NCBI RefSeq assembly: GCF_030028105.1
Contig: NC_092371.1
Coordinates: 14,591,884-14,655,883 of the forward strand
Direction of reading: 5' to 3'
Length of the DNA: 64,000 nt
Source of the DNA: Mobula birostris
Lineage: Eukaryota
The notes beneath the pieces were generated by a model that searched no databases, was not told where the DNA came from, and saw only the letters and a list, made by a program, of their open reading frames with translations. The position numbers were made by a program, and so were the translations under genes. Below, piece by piece: positions 49,060 through 63,281 of this stretch. The number at the start of each line of letters is the position of its first letter. Position 1 is the stretch's first letter.

Positions 49060-49562
49060 AAGTCCTCGGCTTTCCCAATTGCCTGTTGCCGGAGCCGGGG
49101 TCGAAGCGATCGGCAGCGATGGTGCTGCGTGTCGGAGGGCGGCTCGAAGGCTGGAAATTTTCGCTCGGACTCAGAATCGGAATGTGGTCGGGGTGCTTCC
49201 AGGATGCTGCATCGGCAGGATTGTGGCGCTGGAAACTCATGGCATGGAACATTTCTCCCTTCAACTCTCTCCTTGAGATGATGGGACTTTCCAGAGACTT
49301 TGAGACTTTTTTTTTACGTGCCCATGGTCTGTTCTTCATTAAATTAAGGTATTGCTTTGCACTATTGTAACTACATGCTATAATTATGTGTTTTTTGTCA
49401 GTTTTTTTTACTCTTGGTTTGTCTTCTTTTCTGTTATATCTTTCTGAAGGAACAAATTGCATCATTTTTTAATGCATGCATTACTAAATGATAATAAAAG
49501 AGTACTGCATGTACTTATAATCTAATCTAATGTAATCTAATCTCATCTCATCTAATCTAATG
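49060..49562 (+). mobile_element. Non-autonomous SINE/LINE-tail-like element with (AATCT)n tail
   Basis: GC-rich head, AT-rich body, AATAAAA followed by AATCT repeats at 49518-49560. The family was not identified. Confidence 0.45.
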
Positions 49563-52319
49563 TACCATTAATTCTGACTGCTTACACTCCCTTTTCAGGA
49601 TATTACGGATCCGTCCAGAATCATCTTGGACCCTGGCATCTGCGAGGCAAACTACAATTCATGTTTCATCTTCATGTCCCAGTATCTGCTATCTGTCCTC
49701 CTGACCATGGATTTCCGTATTACTGCTTCTATCCTCTTCAGTTCCCTACCCTTCTGAGCCACAGAACCACACTGAGTGCCAGAGGCACGGCCGCTGTTGT
49801 TTCTCCCAGGTAGGTCGTTCCCTCCTCAACGGTACTCAAATGGAGTACTTATTGTATCTGAGGACGGCCACAGGCTTGCTGTCCTCTATATGACTTTCTC
49901 CCTTCCCACTTGTGACAATCACTGATTTATCTTTCTCCTGTAGCCTTGGGGGTAACTACCTCTCCGTAGCTTCAGTCTATCACTGTTTCACTTTCACTAG
50001 CAAGACAAAGGTGCAACTCCAGCTCCCTACATCTTGATGGACACGCGCAGATGGGGCCATCGGGAAGACGGGGAGTCTCCTGGAAATTTCGAACTTATTC
50101 CAGTTCAATAGCAAACCACTATTCATTCTGAACGCATCCTGCATTGTACTAAATCCTCGGGCATTCACCTATTCCACCGCCGCTTTTTAGGCTGGCTGCG
50201 TTTTCCTCAAAACTTGTTGCCGTACTTACTTCAGGTGGGATGAGGTGTGAGTGGAGCAGTGAACACAAGCTCGGAGCCGAGGGGCCGAAGAGCTTCTGAG
50301 GTTTTGCTGCCGGCGACATTTTACCCTGTTGCCATGTTTGGCTCCAACGCCTACCAAATTGGGGAGGAAATAGACCTTGTTAGTCAGATGGAACGTGCTG
50401 CGGAGGCAGTCCGTGGTTGAAGTCTGTGGGTTAATGTAGCCGCTCACCATGCCTTGCTCGCGGAAAACATGCGGACGTGGATGGGGTGGCAGCGCAGAGA
50501 ACAAACGGTTAATACGGCCCAAAATTTCCCCAGCTCCTCGCACCAGGAGTCTATGAAGCACCACTCCCTACAGACCAGGAAACGCTACGATATGAGATCG
50601 GCTAAGTTATGCGAAAGATGTCACTGATAGGAAATTGTCTGGTTAGTGTTGTGGTGGTGACTGCAGGATAAATATTGTGTTCAATCGTATCCCTGGAGCA
50701 GGTCGATGGGCGGTTGATTAGAAAATTAATTCAAAACATCACAAGTTCCATGGTACAGCACTCCTTACTCTCTGCAAGCATATTGTGTCCTTCCCTCAGC
50801 AGTCCCCTACCCCAATACAACTTAAACCTAATAGTTCAAAGCTGAGACTTAAACTCCCAGAATTGAACGATGTAACGCCCGTCAGAATGAAGGCTGGTCA
50901 GTGGGGCGTGACATACAAGAACAATGGAATATGCCCAGGATTAATAATTATTTGTGGTGATCGATTTCTCTCTTTTGCTTTGTTGTTGTTGTTGTTGTTG
51001 TTCACAAATAAAGTGATTCCCAGGAATATCCGGTGCATGTATGTGATTGTATACAAAAATGCTTTGGAGTCAAAGAGCACGTAACAGGCCCAACAGCCCA
51101 CAATGTATATGCTGATGATAGAAATCCCATCTACTATTATCCTATTTGTTAGTACTTGACCTTTCGCCTCCCCTGCCTTACAGATTGTAGTCTTTGGCTT
51201 GATCTACTTTGTTTCACCTTACGATATCAGTGTGTGATGTAATTCCCTGTGTACAGGATGCTTAGAGAAGATACCAGTTTGCTTGGGCTTACTCTAGGAA
51301 CTTGGTGATTGGTTAATAGGTGGGGCAACTTGACAGTTAACATCTTGGAGACCCGTGTTCATACACGGAGCCTGTACCAGATGATCACCGTGGTTGTTGG
51401 ATGTCTCACCTCATCTCATCTTGCTCCGCTCCAGAGGTTACCTGCGGGATTCACAACAGAGATGGGTTAGCACAAAGAACCAGACCGTGAAGTGCCAAAC
51501 GGTAAAACAGGTGCACCCACACACTTAACAGTATATCCAACAACGGTCATGGAGCATCAGCATAGGATCTCGGGACATAGTGAGAGCAGAGGTAGAGCGG
51601 GGGGAAAGAAAGGGAGAGAAAGTTAGGAGAAATGGGTGAGAGAGGGAGAGGGATATGGACAGACGAAGACACAGAATGGATGGGTAGACTAAAGGGGGAT
51701 GGTGAGATGGAGAGAAGGATAATGGCATACAGGCAGACATACAACAGACGGGAAGACACAGCCACAGATATAGAGTGAGATTGAGAAACAGACAGAAACA
51801 GGGATGAACAGAGGGATGGGGAGGGATACAGACAAACTCTCAAACACAGATGTCTATAGAGGGGTTACCGGGGTTGCAGACAGTGTTGTTGATCTCCAGA
51901 ATGGTGTTGCCTATTTTGAAGGAAAAAATATCTGAAATGAAGAACAACGCCACCAGAACGCCGAGTAGATTTGCAGGGTTAATATGATAAAATTAAGAGA
52001 CAAATTCCTGTATTGCTGTTTTAATTAAATTTATTACCCATCAGGGAAAAATAGCGAAACCTAACAAATGGGTGAGTACAAGCCAATAGCCATCAAGCAC
52101 TCATCATTCTCCCGGATTTAGCTATTAGCTCCTCGAGGCGGATCAATAGACCAAGATCTAGGCCTCTACACCTCCTTGTGCAACTGGATCCTGGATTTCC
52201 TTGCTGGCAGACCTCAGTCAGTACGCATTGACAGCAACATCTCTTCCACAATCACCATCAGCACAAAATTGTTTCTTGATCCTAAACTGATTATGCTTTC
52301 TCAAATTAAACCATAAGAT

Positions 52320-53210
52320 CATAAGACAGAGGAGCAGAGTCAGGCCATTCTGCCCATCGGGTCTGCTGCACCATTCCGTCATGGCTGATTTATTATCCTT
52401 CTCAACCCCATTCTCCTGTCACCTTTGAAGCCCTCACTAGTCAAGTACCGACCAATCTCTGCTCTAAATATACCCAACGACTTTCTTACGCAGACGTCTG
52501 TGGCAATGAATTCTACAGATTCACCACTCTCTGGCTAAAGTAATTCCTCATCATCTCTGTTCAAAATTGGACATTCTTTGATTCTACGCCGTGCCTCTAT
52601 TCCTAGATTCCCTCACTGGAGGAAACATACTCTCTACCAACATTGCATTTAGGCCTTTCAATATTAGATAGATCCCCCCACCCCCCCACACACACACCCT
52701 TATTATTCTAAACTCCAGCGAGTACAAACCCATAGCCATCAAACACTCCTCATAGTTTAATCTTTCGGACCCGGGGACATTCTCGTAAACATCCTCTGCA
52801 CGTTCTCCAATGCCAGCACATCCTTCCTTAGATAAAGAAAAATGTTCAGTAACGCAAAGTAAACCCACAGCTTCTTTTGGGCATCATAGTCATCTTAAAG
52901 CAGAATTCCTTGCTGATTCCATTCCTCATGTCAGGTCCAATGTGGGCGAGTCTGGAACAAGAGCGCACGGCCTCAGAATAGATGGACGTCCATTGAGAAC
53001 CGGAATTTGGAGGGATTGCTTCAGCCAGAGGGTGATAAATATGTGGACTTAATTGCCACAGACGCCGTTAGAGGCCAAGTCATTGCGTATATTTAAAGCG
53101 GAGGATGATTCTTGATTAGGCTGGGAATCAAAGAAGGCAGGAAAATAGGGTTCAAGAAAGATGGAGTGGCGGAGTGGCCTCATTATGCTCCTATGTCATA
53201 TGGTCTTATA
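52320..53210. mobile_element. Two decayed CR1 3' fragments in opposite orientations
   Basis: Minus-strand fragment at 52320-52860 (ERLNYEECLMAMGLYSLEF) and plus-strand fragment at 52910-53210. Confidence 0.7.
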
Positions 53211-53639
53211 ACGCACTAAGTGCAGCAGCCGCACTAAGCATAGCAAGGTCTCACAGAGGAACTCAGGTGCCATTTTCCCCTTCAGTGTTGCGACCCACAG
53301 CTGCCCTTGGTGCTGGCTTAGTGACAGCGGAGTGCCTAGGACTGCATTCGGAACACCGTCTGACAGCAAGGCTCTCCCTCATCACACCTTTTTCGACAAG
53401 TCAGTCCCCCACTCTGGCAATATGTAGCGTTGCACTTACTGCACCTCTCTCGGAGAGGTCGATGCCCCGTCCGCTCGCTCCCCACTCCCCCACTTCCAGC
53501 AGCTAATGAAGCACTTTCTCAGCAGTGGTGCACAGGTGGCTCTGTACTCATTCGGTCCACTGAGGGTGATACACTGCCACCATAATTGACGGGCTTCTTC
53601 TCCCAAACCGGCCTCTCCCTCTCCAGGGGCGTAAGAACC

Positions 53640-53735
53640 CTGCCCTGTGGTGCCAGCTCCAAACTTCAATGCGTCTCTCAGCATCTACTCCTGCAGCTTG
53701 GAATGTACCAGTTCTTTATCCCTGATTTTTCTGGG
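53640..53735 (-). mobile_element. Possible L1/Tx1-like ORF2 C-terminal remnant
   Basis: KELVHSKLQE*MLRDALKFGA resembles, from recollection, the C-terminal VQEYVLRDALKLGA motif of chondrichthyan Tx1-like LINEs. Short and contains a stop codon. Confidence 0.4.
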
Positions 53736-53837
53736 ATTGCGTTAAATTCAGGGGAACAAATGAACACCAGCATTATCCCCTTGGTTCGGAGGTGACAGGC
53801 AAGAGGAAATGAGGATAGCATGTTTACTCCCGATTCA

Positions 53838-53843
<6 letters not shown>

Positions 53844-53910
<67 letters not shown>
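53844..53910. repeat. (CT)n microsatellite
   Basis: Directly visible. Confidence 0.97.
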
Positions 53911-53916
<6 letters not shown>

Positions 53917-54141
53917 CACTGGTAGAGTTCTGAAAGAGGGCTGATTGGAGGAAGTGTAAAGGCGGGGCCAGTTGTTTTTCTCGGAGCTGCCGGTGGAGGA
54001 GGCAGTTGCTTAAAGGAGCAATGTCCCTCCTCCATCCCAGCCGGTGCACACTGCAAGATTGACTGCCGCGGTTTCAGGTGACAACAAGCATCTCTTTAAA
54101 TATCCGGTCGCCATAATTTTAAAGTTGTGAAAGGCTGGACA

Positions 54142-56075
54142 GCCACCAACTTCATTGTTTCCACAGCTCGCACTTCCCGTTTCTACCTGCTACCCAAGAT
54201 CCACAAACCTGCCTGACCAGGCAGACCCATTGTCTCAGCTTGTTCCTGCCCCACCGAACTCATTTCTGCATACCTCGACACTGTTTAATATCCCCTTGAT
54301 CAATCTTTTCCTACCTGTGTTCGTTACACTTCTCACGCTCTGAAACTTTTCGATGATGTTACGTTCCCTGGCCCTCACTGCTTTATTTTCACCATGGATG
54401 CCCAGTCCCTGTATACTTCCATCCCCCATCAGGAAGGTCTCAAAGCTCTCAGCAGCTCTTTTGGATTCCAGACCTAATCAGTTCCCCTCTACCACCAGTC
54501 TGCTCCGTCTAGCGGAATTAGTCCTTACTCTTAATAATTTATCCTTTGGCTCCCACCACTTCTTCCAAACCAAAGGCGTAGCCATGGGCACCCATATGGG
54601 TCCCAGCTCTGCCTACCTTTTGTTGGCTTTGTGGAACAATCTATGTTCCACACCTATTCAGGTATCTGTCCCCCACTTTTTTTCCTTCATTACATCGACG
54701 ACTGCATTGGCGCTACTTCCTGCACGCAACTTTCACCCTACCCTCAGTTTACCTGGTCCATTTCCAACAACTCCCTCCCCTTTTTACATCTTTCTGTCTC
54801 TATCTCTAGAGAAAGCTTATCTACTGATGTGTACGATAAGCCTACTGACACTTACAGCTATATTCCTCTTCTCACCCTGTCTCTTGCAAAAATGTCCTCT
54901 CCTTCGCGCAATTCCTCCGTCTCCACCGCATCTGCTATCACGATGAGGCTTTTCATTCCAGGACGAAGGAGATGTCCTTTTTTAAACGAAGGGGCTTCCC
55001 TTCCTCCACCATCAACTCTGCTCTCAAACGCATCTCTCCCATTTCACGCACATCTGCTCTCACTCCATCCTCCTGCCACCTGAATAGGATTACGGTTCCC
55101 CTTTTCCTCATCTACGACCCTACCAGTCTCCGGGTCCAACATATAATTCTCCGTGACTTCCACCACCTCCAACGGGATCCCACCACCTAGCTCATCTTTC
55201 CCACATTGTCTCCCTCTTTGTTTTCCACAGGGATCGTTCCCTACGCTACTCCCTTATCCATTTGTCCCAACATCCTTCCCCACCGATACCCCACCTGGCA
55301 CTTATCCTTGTAAGAGGAATAACTGCTACACATGCCCGTACACTTCCTCCCTTACCGCTATTCAGGGCTCCAGACAGTCCTTCCAGGTGAGGCGGAAGTT
55401 CACCCGTGAGTCGGCTGGGGTGATATACTACGTCCGGTGCTCCCGATGCGGCTTTCTATATATTGGCGAGACCCGACGCAGACTGGGAGATCGTTTCGCT
55501 GAACACCTACGCTCTGTCCTCCAGAGAAAGCAGGATCTCCCAGTGGCCACATATTTTAATTCCACGTCCCATTCCCATTCTGATATGTCCATCCACGGCC
55601 TCCTCTACTGTAAAGATGAAGCCATATTCAGCCTGGAGGAACAACACCTTGTATTCCGTCTGGGTAACCTCCAACCTGATGGCATGAACATTGACTTCCC
55701 AAACTTCCGCTAATGCCCCACTTCCCCCTCGTACCCCAGCTGTTATTTATTTATTTATATTCACACATTCTTTTTCTCTCTCTCTCCTCTTTCTCCCTCT
55801 GTCCCTCTCACTATACCCCTTGCCCATCCTTTGGGCTTCCCTCCTCCCCCTTTCTTTCTCCCTATGCCTCCTGTCCCATGATCCTCTCATATCCCTTTTG
55901 CCAATCAACTGTCCAGCTCTTGGCTCCATCCCTCCCCCTCCTGTCTTCTCCTATCATTTCAGATCACCCCTCCCCCTCTCACTTTCACATCTCCTACTAG
56001 CTCTTCTTTCAGTTAGCCCTGACGAAGGGTCTCGGCCTGAAACGTCGACTGTACCTCTTCCTAGAGATGCTGCCT
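54142..56075 (+). mobile_element. Penelope-like element (RT + GIY-YIG), decayed
   Basis: FYLLPKIHKP-type motif, QTKGVAMGTHMGPS, HYIDDCI, and VIYYVRCSRCGFLYIGETRRRLGDRFAEH. Confidence 0.9.
56014..56051 (+). ncRNA. Minimal hammerhead motif, copy 2
   Basis: TAGCC-CTGACGA-A-GGGTCTCGGCCT-GAAA-CG-TC-GACTG. Core intact, one stem I mismatch. Confidence 0.7.
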
Positions 56076-56649
56076 GGCCTGCTACGTGTGTTGCCATGAT
56101 CTTAAATAGTCTCTCCACTCTGTCTGAATCAATGCCCGATTCAACGATACCGTGTTGCCATTTCGGCAAGTCCCTCCTTCCCATATAAGGCGCAAGGTCC
56201 TCCTTTACCTGATGCCTCACACTTGGCAGATGGACCATCGCAATGGGACAACAAACGACTACAATCGCCCAGCAGGCTGCCCACCAAGTCATTGAAGAGA
56301 GATCCGAGGCAATTTATAAAGGAGCTGGAGGAACTCAGCTAGTCAGGCAGTATCCGTGGAAGGAAGTGGACAGTGGACATTTCGTGTTGCGACCTTTTAT
56401 CTGTGCTTCCAATGAAGACAAATTGTCCCCGAAATATACTGTCCTCAGTTTTCCACATGAGCACGATAGCTTAGGAATGCTAATATTCCTATTGGTTTAT
56501 TATTTTCATATGCACAAAGATATTGTGAAAAGCTTGTCATTTCTCAGTTGCTGAGAAATGCACTCCGATAAACAATGAAGTGCAAATCATAACGAGGTAG
56601 ACTCCAAATTCAGGAGTGCATCTCATAACAGTGGCTAGAAGCTGCCCTT

Positions 56650-57030
56650 GGGCGTAGTGATACGTGCTTTCATGGCTTTTGTGTCTTCCGCTCGGTGGGA
56701 AAGCGAAGAAGAAAGAATGTCCATGGTGGGTGGGGTCTCTGATTAAGCTTTACTGAGGCTGGTTTCCGTGATAGGCTGAGCTGTGTCCTCAGTTCACTGC
56801 AGTTTCTTATGGCTATCGTTGTGGAGTTCGCCGTAGACCCATTTCGACAGTAGGTGAATTGTAGTGAGTGGAGTATGTCCGGTACGCTAGACTGAATAAT
56901 GATCAGCCTCTTGAATACCATCCTGATGTTTGATGTCAAACCTACAGTGCGGTAGTCTTTAACGCACGCCAGTATGTTGTTGTAGAGTACTGGATAGTGG
57001 TCAACTTAAAGCGAGCGGGAATTACAGCTT
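56650..57030 (-). mobile_element. Rex/L2-like RT fragment
   Basis: TSNIRMVFKRL and LHSLQFTYCRNGST motifs. Confidence 0.55.
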
Positions 57031-57881
57031 GATGCAGGTGGACGTTAAATATGCCTGTCTGTTGATCCGTACAGTATCTAAGGCCATGGCCAAGGACACA
57101 ATCCGGGCCCAATGCATGAACTACAAAGTGCTTGATAAATGCTGCATAGACTTGAGCAGAGGTTCTGTAGACTAGGACTATTCTCTGGAACGTTAGAGAT
57201 TGAAAGAGTGACCTGGTGGACGTATATAGGACCAGGAGGGGCATCAACAAGGCTAAAGCACATCGACTTTTCTTTTTCCAGAGAATGTATACTCAGAACA
57301 AAAATGCGGAGGTTTAATATCAGATGCGAGAGATTTGAAACAAAAATCGGGAGCAGCTTTTTCACGCAAAGTATAGTGCGTTATTTGGAAGAAGCTGCCA
57401 GAAATAGTGATCGAGGCGCGTACATTAACAAAATTTAAAAGCCAACGATCAAAGCAGGATAGGAGAGGTTTGGAAGTCTATGCGTCAAACGCGGGAAGAT
57501 GGGACGGTCTCGCTGGCAACACAGTGGACATGGAGGAGTTGGGCCTAGCGGCCTGTTTCCGCGCTGTATGACATCACGACGGCTTCTGAAAAAGGCATGG
57601 ATTTTTTTTTTTACTGGAGACCGAGTCCCGGTTACCAAATATTCAAAACAAGGAACAAAGAATATTTTTTTTTGCAGCAGGTTGTGATGAGGAACTGAAG
57701 ACCAAACGCAAGTACATTGAACAATGCAGCACAGGAACATGCCCTTCGGCCCACAAGGCTTTCGTCAAACACAGTGGCAAATTAAATTAATTCTCGACTG
57801 CATGAACGTGATCCATATGCTGTCATATTGATGTTTTTGTCGAACAGACTCCTAAACACCCCTGTCATAGACATGGGAGGT

Positions 57882-58040
57882 TCTGGAGAAACTGGAAATC
57901 CTGAGTAATATACACAAAATACTGGTCGAAATCAGCAGGCCAGGAGCATCTGTGGAATGAAATAATTAAACGTTGACTGATTATTGCCCTCCATAGATGC
58001 TGCCTGACCTTCTGAGTTCCTCCAGCATTTTTTGTGTGTT
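57882..58040. repeat. Inverted pair of Penelope terminal-repeat segments (short non-autonomous remnant)
   Basis: 57912-57955 is an imperfect reverse complement of 57991-58037. The centre retains AAACGTTGACTG, the 3' half of the hammerhead motif. Confidence 0.65.
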
Positions 58041-58810
58041 ATTCTTAAAAGCCACTATCGTATCGGCATCTCTGATCTCCTCCGACAGCTTACAAGGCAC
58101 CTATCGCTCTATGTGTAAAAAACCTACCCTACATGTCTCACTTAAACTTCCTCCATCTCATCTTAAATCCTCGAGCATTACGCATTTCCATCCTGCGTTC
58201 TATCACGTTTCGGCCTCTCACTATCTTTCACGTTTTGAGCGGGTCGTCTCTCACCCTCAGACTCTCCTGAGAAAACAAGTAAAATATCCACCCTCTCCAT
58301 ATGGCTCATGCTGTCTAGTCCAGGCAGAACACTGGCAAACTTTCTCTGCGCCTTTTCCAAAGTCTACGCATCCTGCCTGAAACGGGGAGCCAGAAATGCA
58401 CACAATACATTTAGCGGCTTAAGCAAAGTCTAATACAGCAGCAACATGCCACCCGACTCAGATTCCCAATGCTCCGACCTATAAAGCACGAATTACAAAT
58501 GCGTTATTTACTACCTTAGCTATACGTATGGCTGCTTTCAAAGAGTTAAGGACTTCGAACCCATGATCCCACTGCACAATTAAGATTTTAGGTGTCCTGA
58601 CGTAAGCGGTTTAGTTTCCCCTTATATTTGACCACTTCCCTACCTGCAGTGTAGAACCACACATATTTGCCCAGAAAAAAATACAGTCTCCAACACAAGA
58701 GAATCTGCAAATGCTGGAAACACACACATGAAATGATGTAGGAATTCAGTAGACACACACCAACTGCTGGAGGAGCACAGCATGCCAGACAGCATCCATG
58801 GAAAAGAGTA

Positions 58811-58847
58811 CAGTCGATGTTTCGAGCCGAGATCCTTCAGCAGGGTC
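58811..58847 (-). ncRNA. Degenerate hammerhead motif in a minus-strand terminal-repeat remnant (about 58690-58850)
   Basis: CTGCTGA-A-GGATCTCGGCTC-GAAA-CA-TC-GACTG. A6 and G16.2 are mutated, so it is probably inactive. Confidence 0.55.
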
Positions 58848-61800
58848 CTGCATATGTCTTTATCTGTGCATATGATGAGCTTTTCGACCAAAATAACTGA
58901 TGCAATTAATGCAATCGTACACTCAATATAATTGGTTTATATTTGTCCCGATGAAAAGTGAAAACTTATCTGTTTGTGTCTCGTTTATACAGATCCCTTT
59001 ATCGCATCAGTATAACTCCTATTGACCGCTGCCTACTCCCTCCATAACTTCCTCGTCCTTCCACTCTCATCAACACTTCACACCTTCCTCTTAACCTGCG
59101 TCCCCAGCTTTCGTTTAACTTCAATTTCTGTGTAACTGTCCAAGAGGAATCCTGAGCGGAAGAGAGCCGCGGTGTCCACTGTGCGGTCTTCAGGCGAGAA
59201 GTTAAACTGACGACCGTCTATTCATTTCTACTACACTGAAAACAAGAGAAACTGACCCATGAAGACCAATTAGCATTACATAGCCGACTTACCGCAATGG
59301 ATTTCAAAGATTCACCACCCTCTGGCGAAAGAAATTCCGCCTCATTTCTGCTCTAAAGGGACAATCCTCTATTCTAATGCTGCGCCATCTGGTCATAGCC
59401 TACCCCGTTCTCAGAAACATCCTCTCTATTTAGGCCTAACAATACTGGACAGGTTTCAATGAGATCCTCCCTCATTTGTCTGACCTCCAGCGAGAACACA
59501 GGCCTATATCTATCAACGCTCCTCATATGTTAACTCATTCATTCGTGGAATCACTCTCCTGAACCACCTCAGGACCATCTCCAAAGCCAACACATTCTTC
59601 TGTAGATATTGGTGCTCAAATCTGCTCACAATACTCCAGCCATTGTTTGACCAATGCGTTAACAAAGCCTCAGTATTGCATTCTTGCTTTTACATTTTAA
59701 TTGATGGCCTCTAGCTTCGGCGTCCGCTGCTCCTCGCCCTGTTCCGACATAACCATCGCCAGCTAGAAACATCTGCACACCCACCCTATCGAACACTTTC
59801 AATATTAAAATTAACCCCGATGTGTTCGCCGCCAACGCAACCCACTCATTTTACCTCTCTGGAGGAAAATTTCCTGGTATCATTAGGACTGCTGATAAAT
59901 CTAATCAGACTTCTGCCCACTGTCTCACACCTCAGGTTCAGCACTGTGTAAAGTACTCCAAGTGTGATCTGACCAAAGCTACTAGACGTGTATTTTTATG
60001 TGTTTGCAAACCACGTTCCATCTATGTGCACCTGGCTGCTAGTAAACAGGAAATCCGCAGCGCGCATCTGCCTGTTTCCAATACTACCAAATATGTATTA
60101 ACAGGCATTGCGTTTGATTTTAATCAATTGCATAGGATCTCACTCCTCCCTTACATCGACCTTACAAAGCCATGATCACGCGTCTGCGATTGACACCCAG
60201 TGTTTATCTTGGTCACGAACAATGAGATGGTTGGAGGCCTTTCAGCTCTCTCACCTACTGCAAGTTTAGCGACCCGAAAGTCGTGCGGAAAAGAGTTTGA
60301 GCAGCTATTTCAGAAGGCATTAAAAAACAATTTGGTAGAATAAATAAGGAATTTCCAATGCCAGAGGTCATTCATTTCAATTTGAAAGGGACTAATTTCA
60401 AAGGAGATATGAAGAGCAGGGTTTTACACAGATAGTGTTGTGACGCTGGAATGTGCTGGGCTAGTGGTAAAGGTAGACACATTTGGGACATTTAATAGCA
60501 GTTTAGACGGGCGTATTGATCTGAGGAAAATGGCTATTATATAGTCAGAATTGATTAGATGAGTAGTTAATTATTAATGTAATTGGTTCGGCGCAACATT
60601 ATTGGCTGAAGGGCCTGTTACACTGTAATAGTAAACGTAGATTCTTCTATGTTCTATGTGCCTCTCCCTCAGATCCCATCGTCAACTCCTGGGCCCTCAG
60701 AGGCTCCATCTTCCTCTTACCCCAACCCTCCCCTCTCCACTAACACCACCAGCTTCCCTCCCACTCCCCGCTCTGATCACACTACTCATCCCTGCTGGGT
60801 CTTTACCATCCCCTCCAACCTTCAACTGTCGGAGGCAGAGCGCTCTGTCCTCAGTCACGGCCTTACCTTTGTCCCCCTTCGCCCACACCTCAACGAGTTC
60901 CGTGTTCGCCATGACGCTGATCTCTTCCTCTGCCGGCTCCGCCTTCGAAGCTACTGCTACGGCAAGGACTCTCCCACCCCCACCGATGACCTATTCTCCC
61001 GTCTTCAACCCTCCGCCTCTTCATGGACACCCCGCTCTGGTCTTCTGCCTTCTCTGGATCTCCTTATTCCTGACAGCCTACGGGACATCAACCGTCTCGA
61101 CTTCACACACTCTGTTCCCATTCCAACCTCACTCCTTCCGAACGCTCTGCTCTCCAATCCCTCCGTACTAATCCTAAACTTACTATAAAACCCGCCGATT
61201 AGGGGGCTGCTATTATAGTCCGGCGTACTGAATATTTACCTTGCCGGGGCACAGCAACGACTCGCGGATACCTCCTCTTATTTACCCCTCGATCATGACC
61301 CCACTAAGGAGCACCAGGCCATTGTCTCCCACACCATCACCGACTTTATCCGCTCAGGGGATCTCCCATCCACTGCTACCAACCTTATAGTTCCCACATC
61401 ATTCACTTCCCGTTTCTACCTCCTACCCAAGATCCACAAACCTGCCTGTCCTGGCCGACCTATTGTCTCAGCTTGTTCCTGCCCCACCGAACTCGTTTCT
61501 GCATACCTCGACACTGTTTTATCCCCCCTTGCTCAATCCCTTCCTACCTATGCTCGTGACACTTCTCAAGCTCTGAATATTTTCAATAATTTTAAGTTCC
61601 CTGGCCCCTACCACTTTATTTTCACTATGTGTATCCAGTCTGTATATACCTCCATCCCCCACCAGGAAGGTCTCAAAATTGTCCGCTTCTTTTTGGATTC
61701 CAGGCCTAACCAGTACCCCTCTACCACCACTCTACTCCGTCTAGCAGAATTAGTCCCTACTCTTAATAATTTATCCTTTGGCCCCTCCCAATTCCTCCCA

Positions 61801-62995
61801 ACTAAAGGCGTAGCCATGGGTACCAGTATGGGCCCAGCTATGCCTGCCTTTTTGTTGGCTTGGTGGAACATTCCATGTTCCAAGCCTACACCGGTACCTG
61901 TCCCCCACTTTTCCTTCGCTACATCGACGACTGCATTGTCGCTGCTTCCCGCACGCATGCTGAACTTGATGACTTTATTAACATTGCCTCCATCTTTTAC
62001 CCTGCCCTCAAGTTTACCGGGTCATTTCCGACACCACCCTCCCCTTTCTTGACCTTTCTGTCTCTGTCTCTGGAGACCGCTTATCTATTGATATCTACTA
62101 CAGCCCACAGCTGCCTGGACTATTCCTCTTCCCACCCTGTCTCTTGCAAAATGCCACCCCCTTCTCGCAATTCCTCCGTTTCCGTCTCATCTGCTCTCAG
62201 GATGAGGCTTTTCATTCCAGGATGAAGGGGATGTCCTCCTTTTTTAAAGAAAGGGGCTTCCCTTCCTCCACCATCAACTCTGCTCTCAAACGCATCTCTC
62301 TCATTTCACGCACCTCTGCTCTCACTCAGTCCTCCCGCCGCCCCACTTGAATATGGCTCCCCTTGTCCTGACCTACCACTCCACCAGCCTCCGGGTCCAA
62401 TAGACCATTCTCCGTAACTTCCGCCACATACAACGTGATCCCACCACAAAGCACATCTTTCCCTCCCCCCATCATTCGGCTTTCCTCAGGGATCGCTCCC
62501 TACGCGACTCCTTTGTCTAATCGTCCTCCCCATCCCTTCCCACCGATCTCCCTCCTGGCACTTGTAAGCGAAACAAGCGCTACACATGCCCTTACACTAT
62601 CTCCCTCACCATCATTCAAGGCCCCAGTCAGTCCATCCCGGTGAGTCGACACTTCACCTGTGAGTCGGCTGGGGTGATATACTGCGTTCAGTACTCCCGA
62701 TGTGGCCTTCTATATATTGGCGAGACCCGATGTAGGCTGGGAGACCGTTTCGCTGAACACCTACGCTCTGTCCACCAGAGAAAGCAGGATCACCCAGTTG
62801 CCACACGCTTCAATTCCACGTCCCATTCCCGTTCTGATATGACTATCCATGGCCTCCTCTACAGTCAAGATGAAGCCACACTGAAGTTGTAGGATCATCA
62901 CCTTATATTCCGTCGGGGTAGCCTCCAACCTGATAGCATGAATATTGACTTATCTAATTTCCATTAATGCCCCACCTCCCCTTCGAACCCCATCC

Positions 62996-63017
62996 CTTCC
63001 TTCCTTCCTTCCTTCCT

Positions 63018-63049
<32 letters not shown>

Positions 63050-63058
63050 TCCTTCTTT
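62996..63058. repeat. (TTCC)n(TTTC)n compound microsatellite inside the Penelope-like 3' repeat
   Basis: Directly visible. Absent at the equivalent position of the 37.3-39.0 kb and 54.1-56.1 kb copies. Confidence 0.93.
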
Positions 63059-63281
63059 ATTATTTTTGTCTCTTTTTTTTCTTCCTCTGTCCCACTCACT
63101 ACAATTGCTTGCCCATCCTCTGGGCCTGCCGTCCCATGATCCTCCCTCTTCTCCAGCCTCGTATCCCTTTTGCCAATCAACTTTCCAGCTCTTAGCTCCA
63201 TCCCTACCCCTCCTGTCTTCTTATCATTTCGCATCTCCACCTCCCCCTCCCACTTTTAAATCTGTTACTGTCTCTTGCAGT

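Noticed and set aside
53436-54049. ORFs with an ERERER tract and an apparent GT donor at about 53438
   Set aside because: The ER tract is the translated (CT)n microsatellite. The only recognisable peptide is a stop-containing LINE remnant, and no coherent exon could be built.
57520-57776. Perfect RSS heptamers CACAGTG at 57520 and 57770
   Set aside because: There is no nonamer at 12- or 23-bp spacing, both lie in CR1-derived sequence, and no V or J segment is adjacent.
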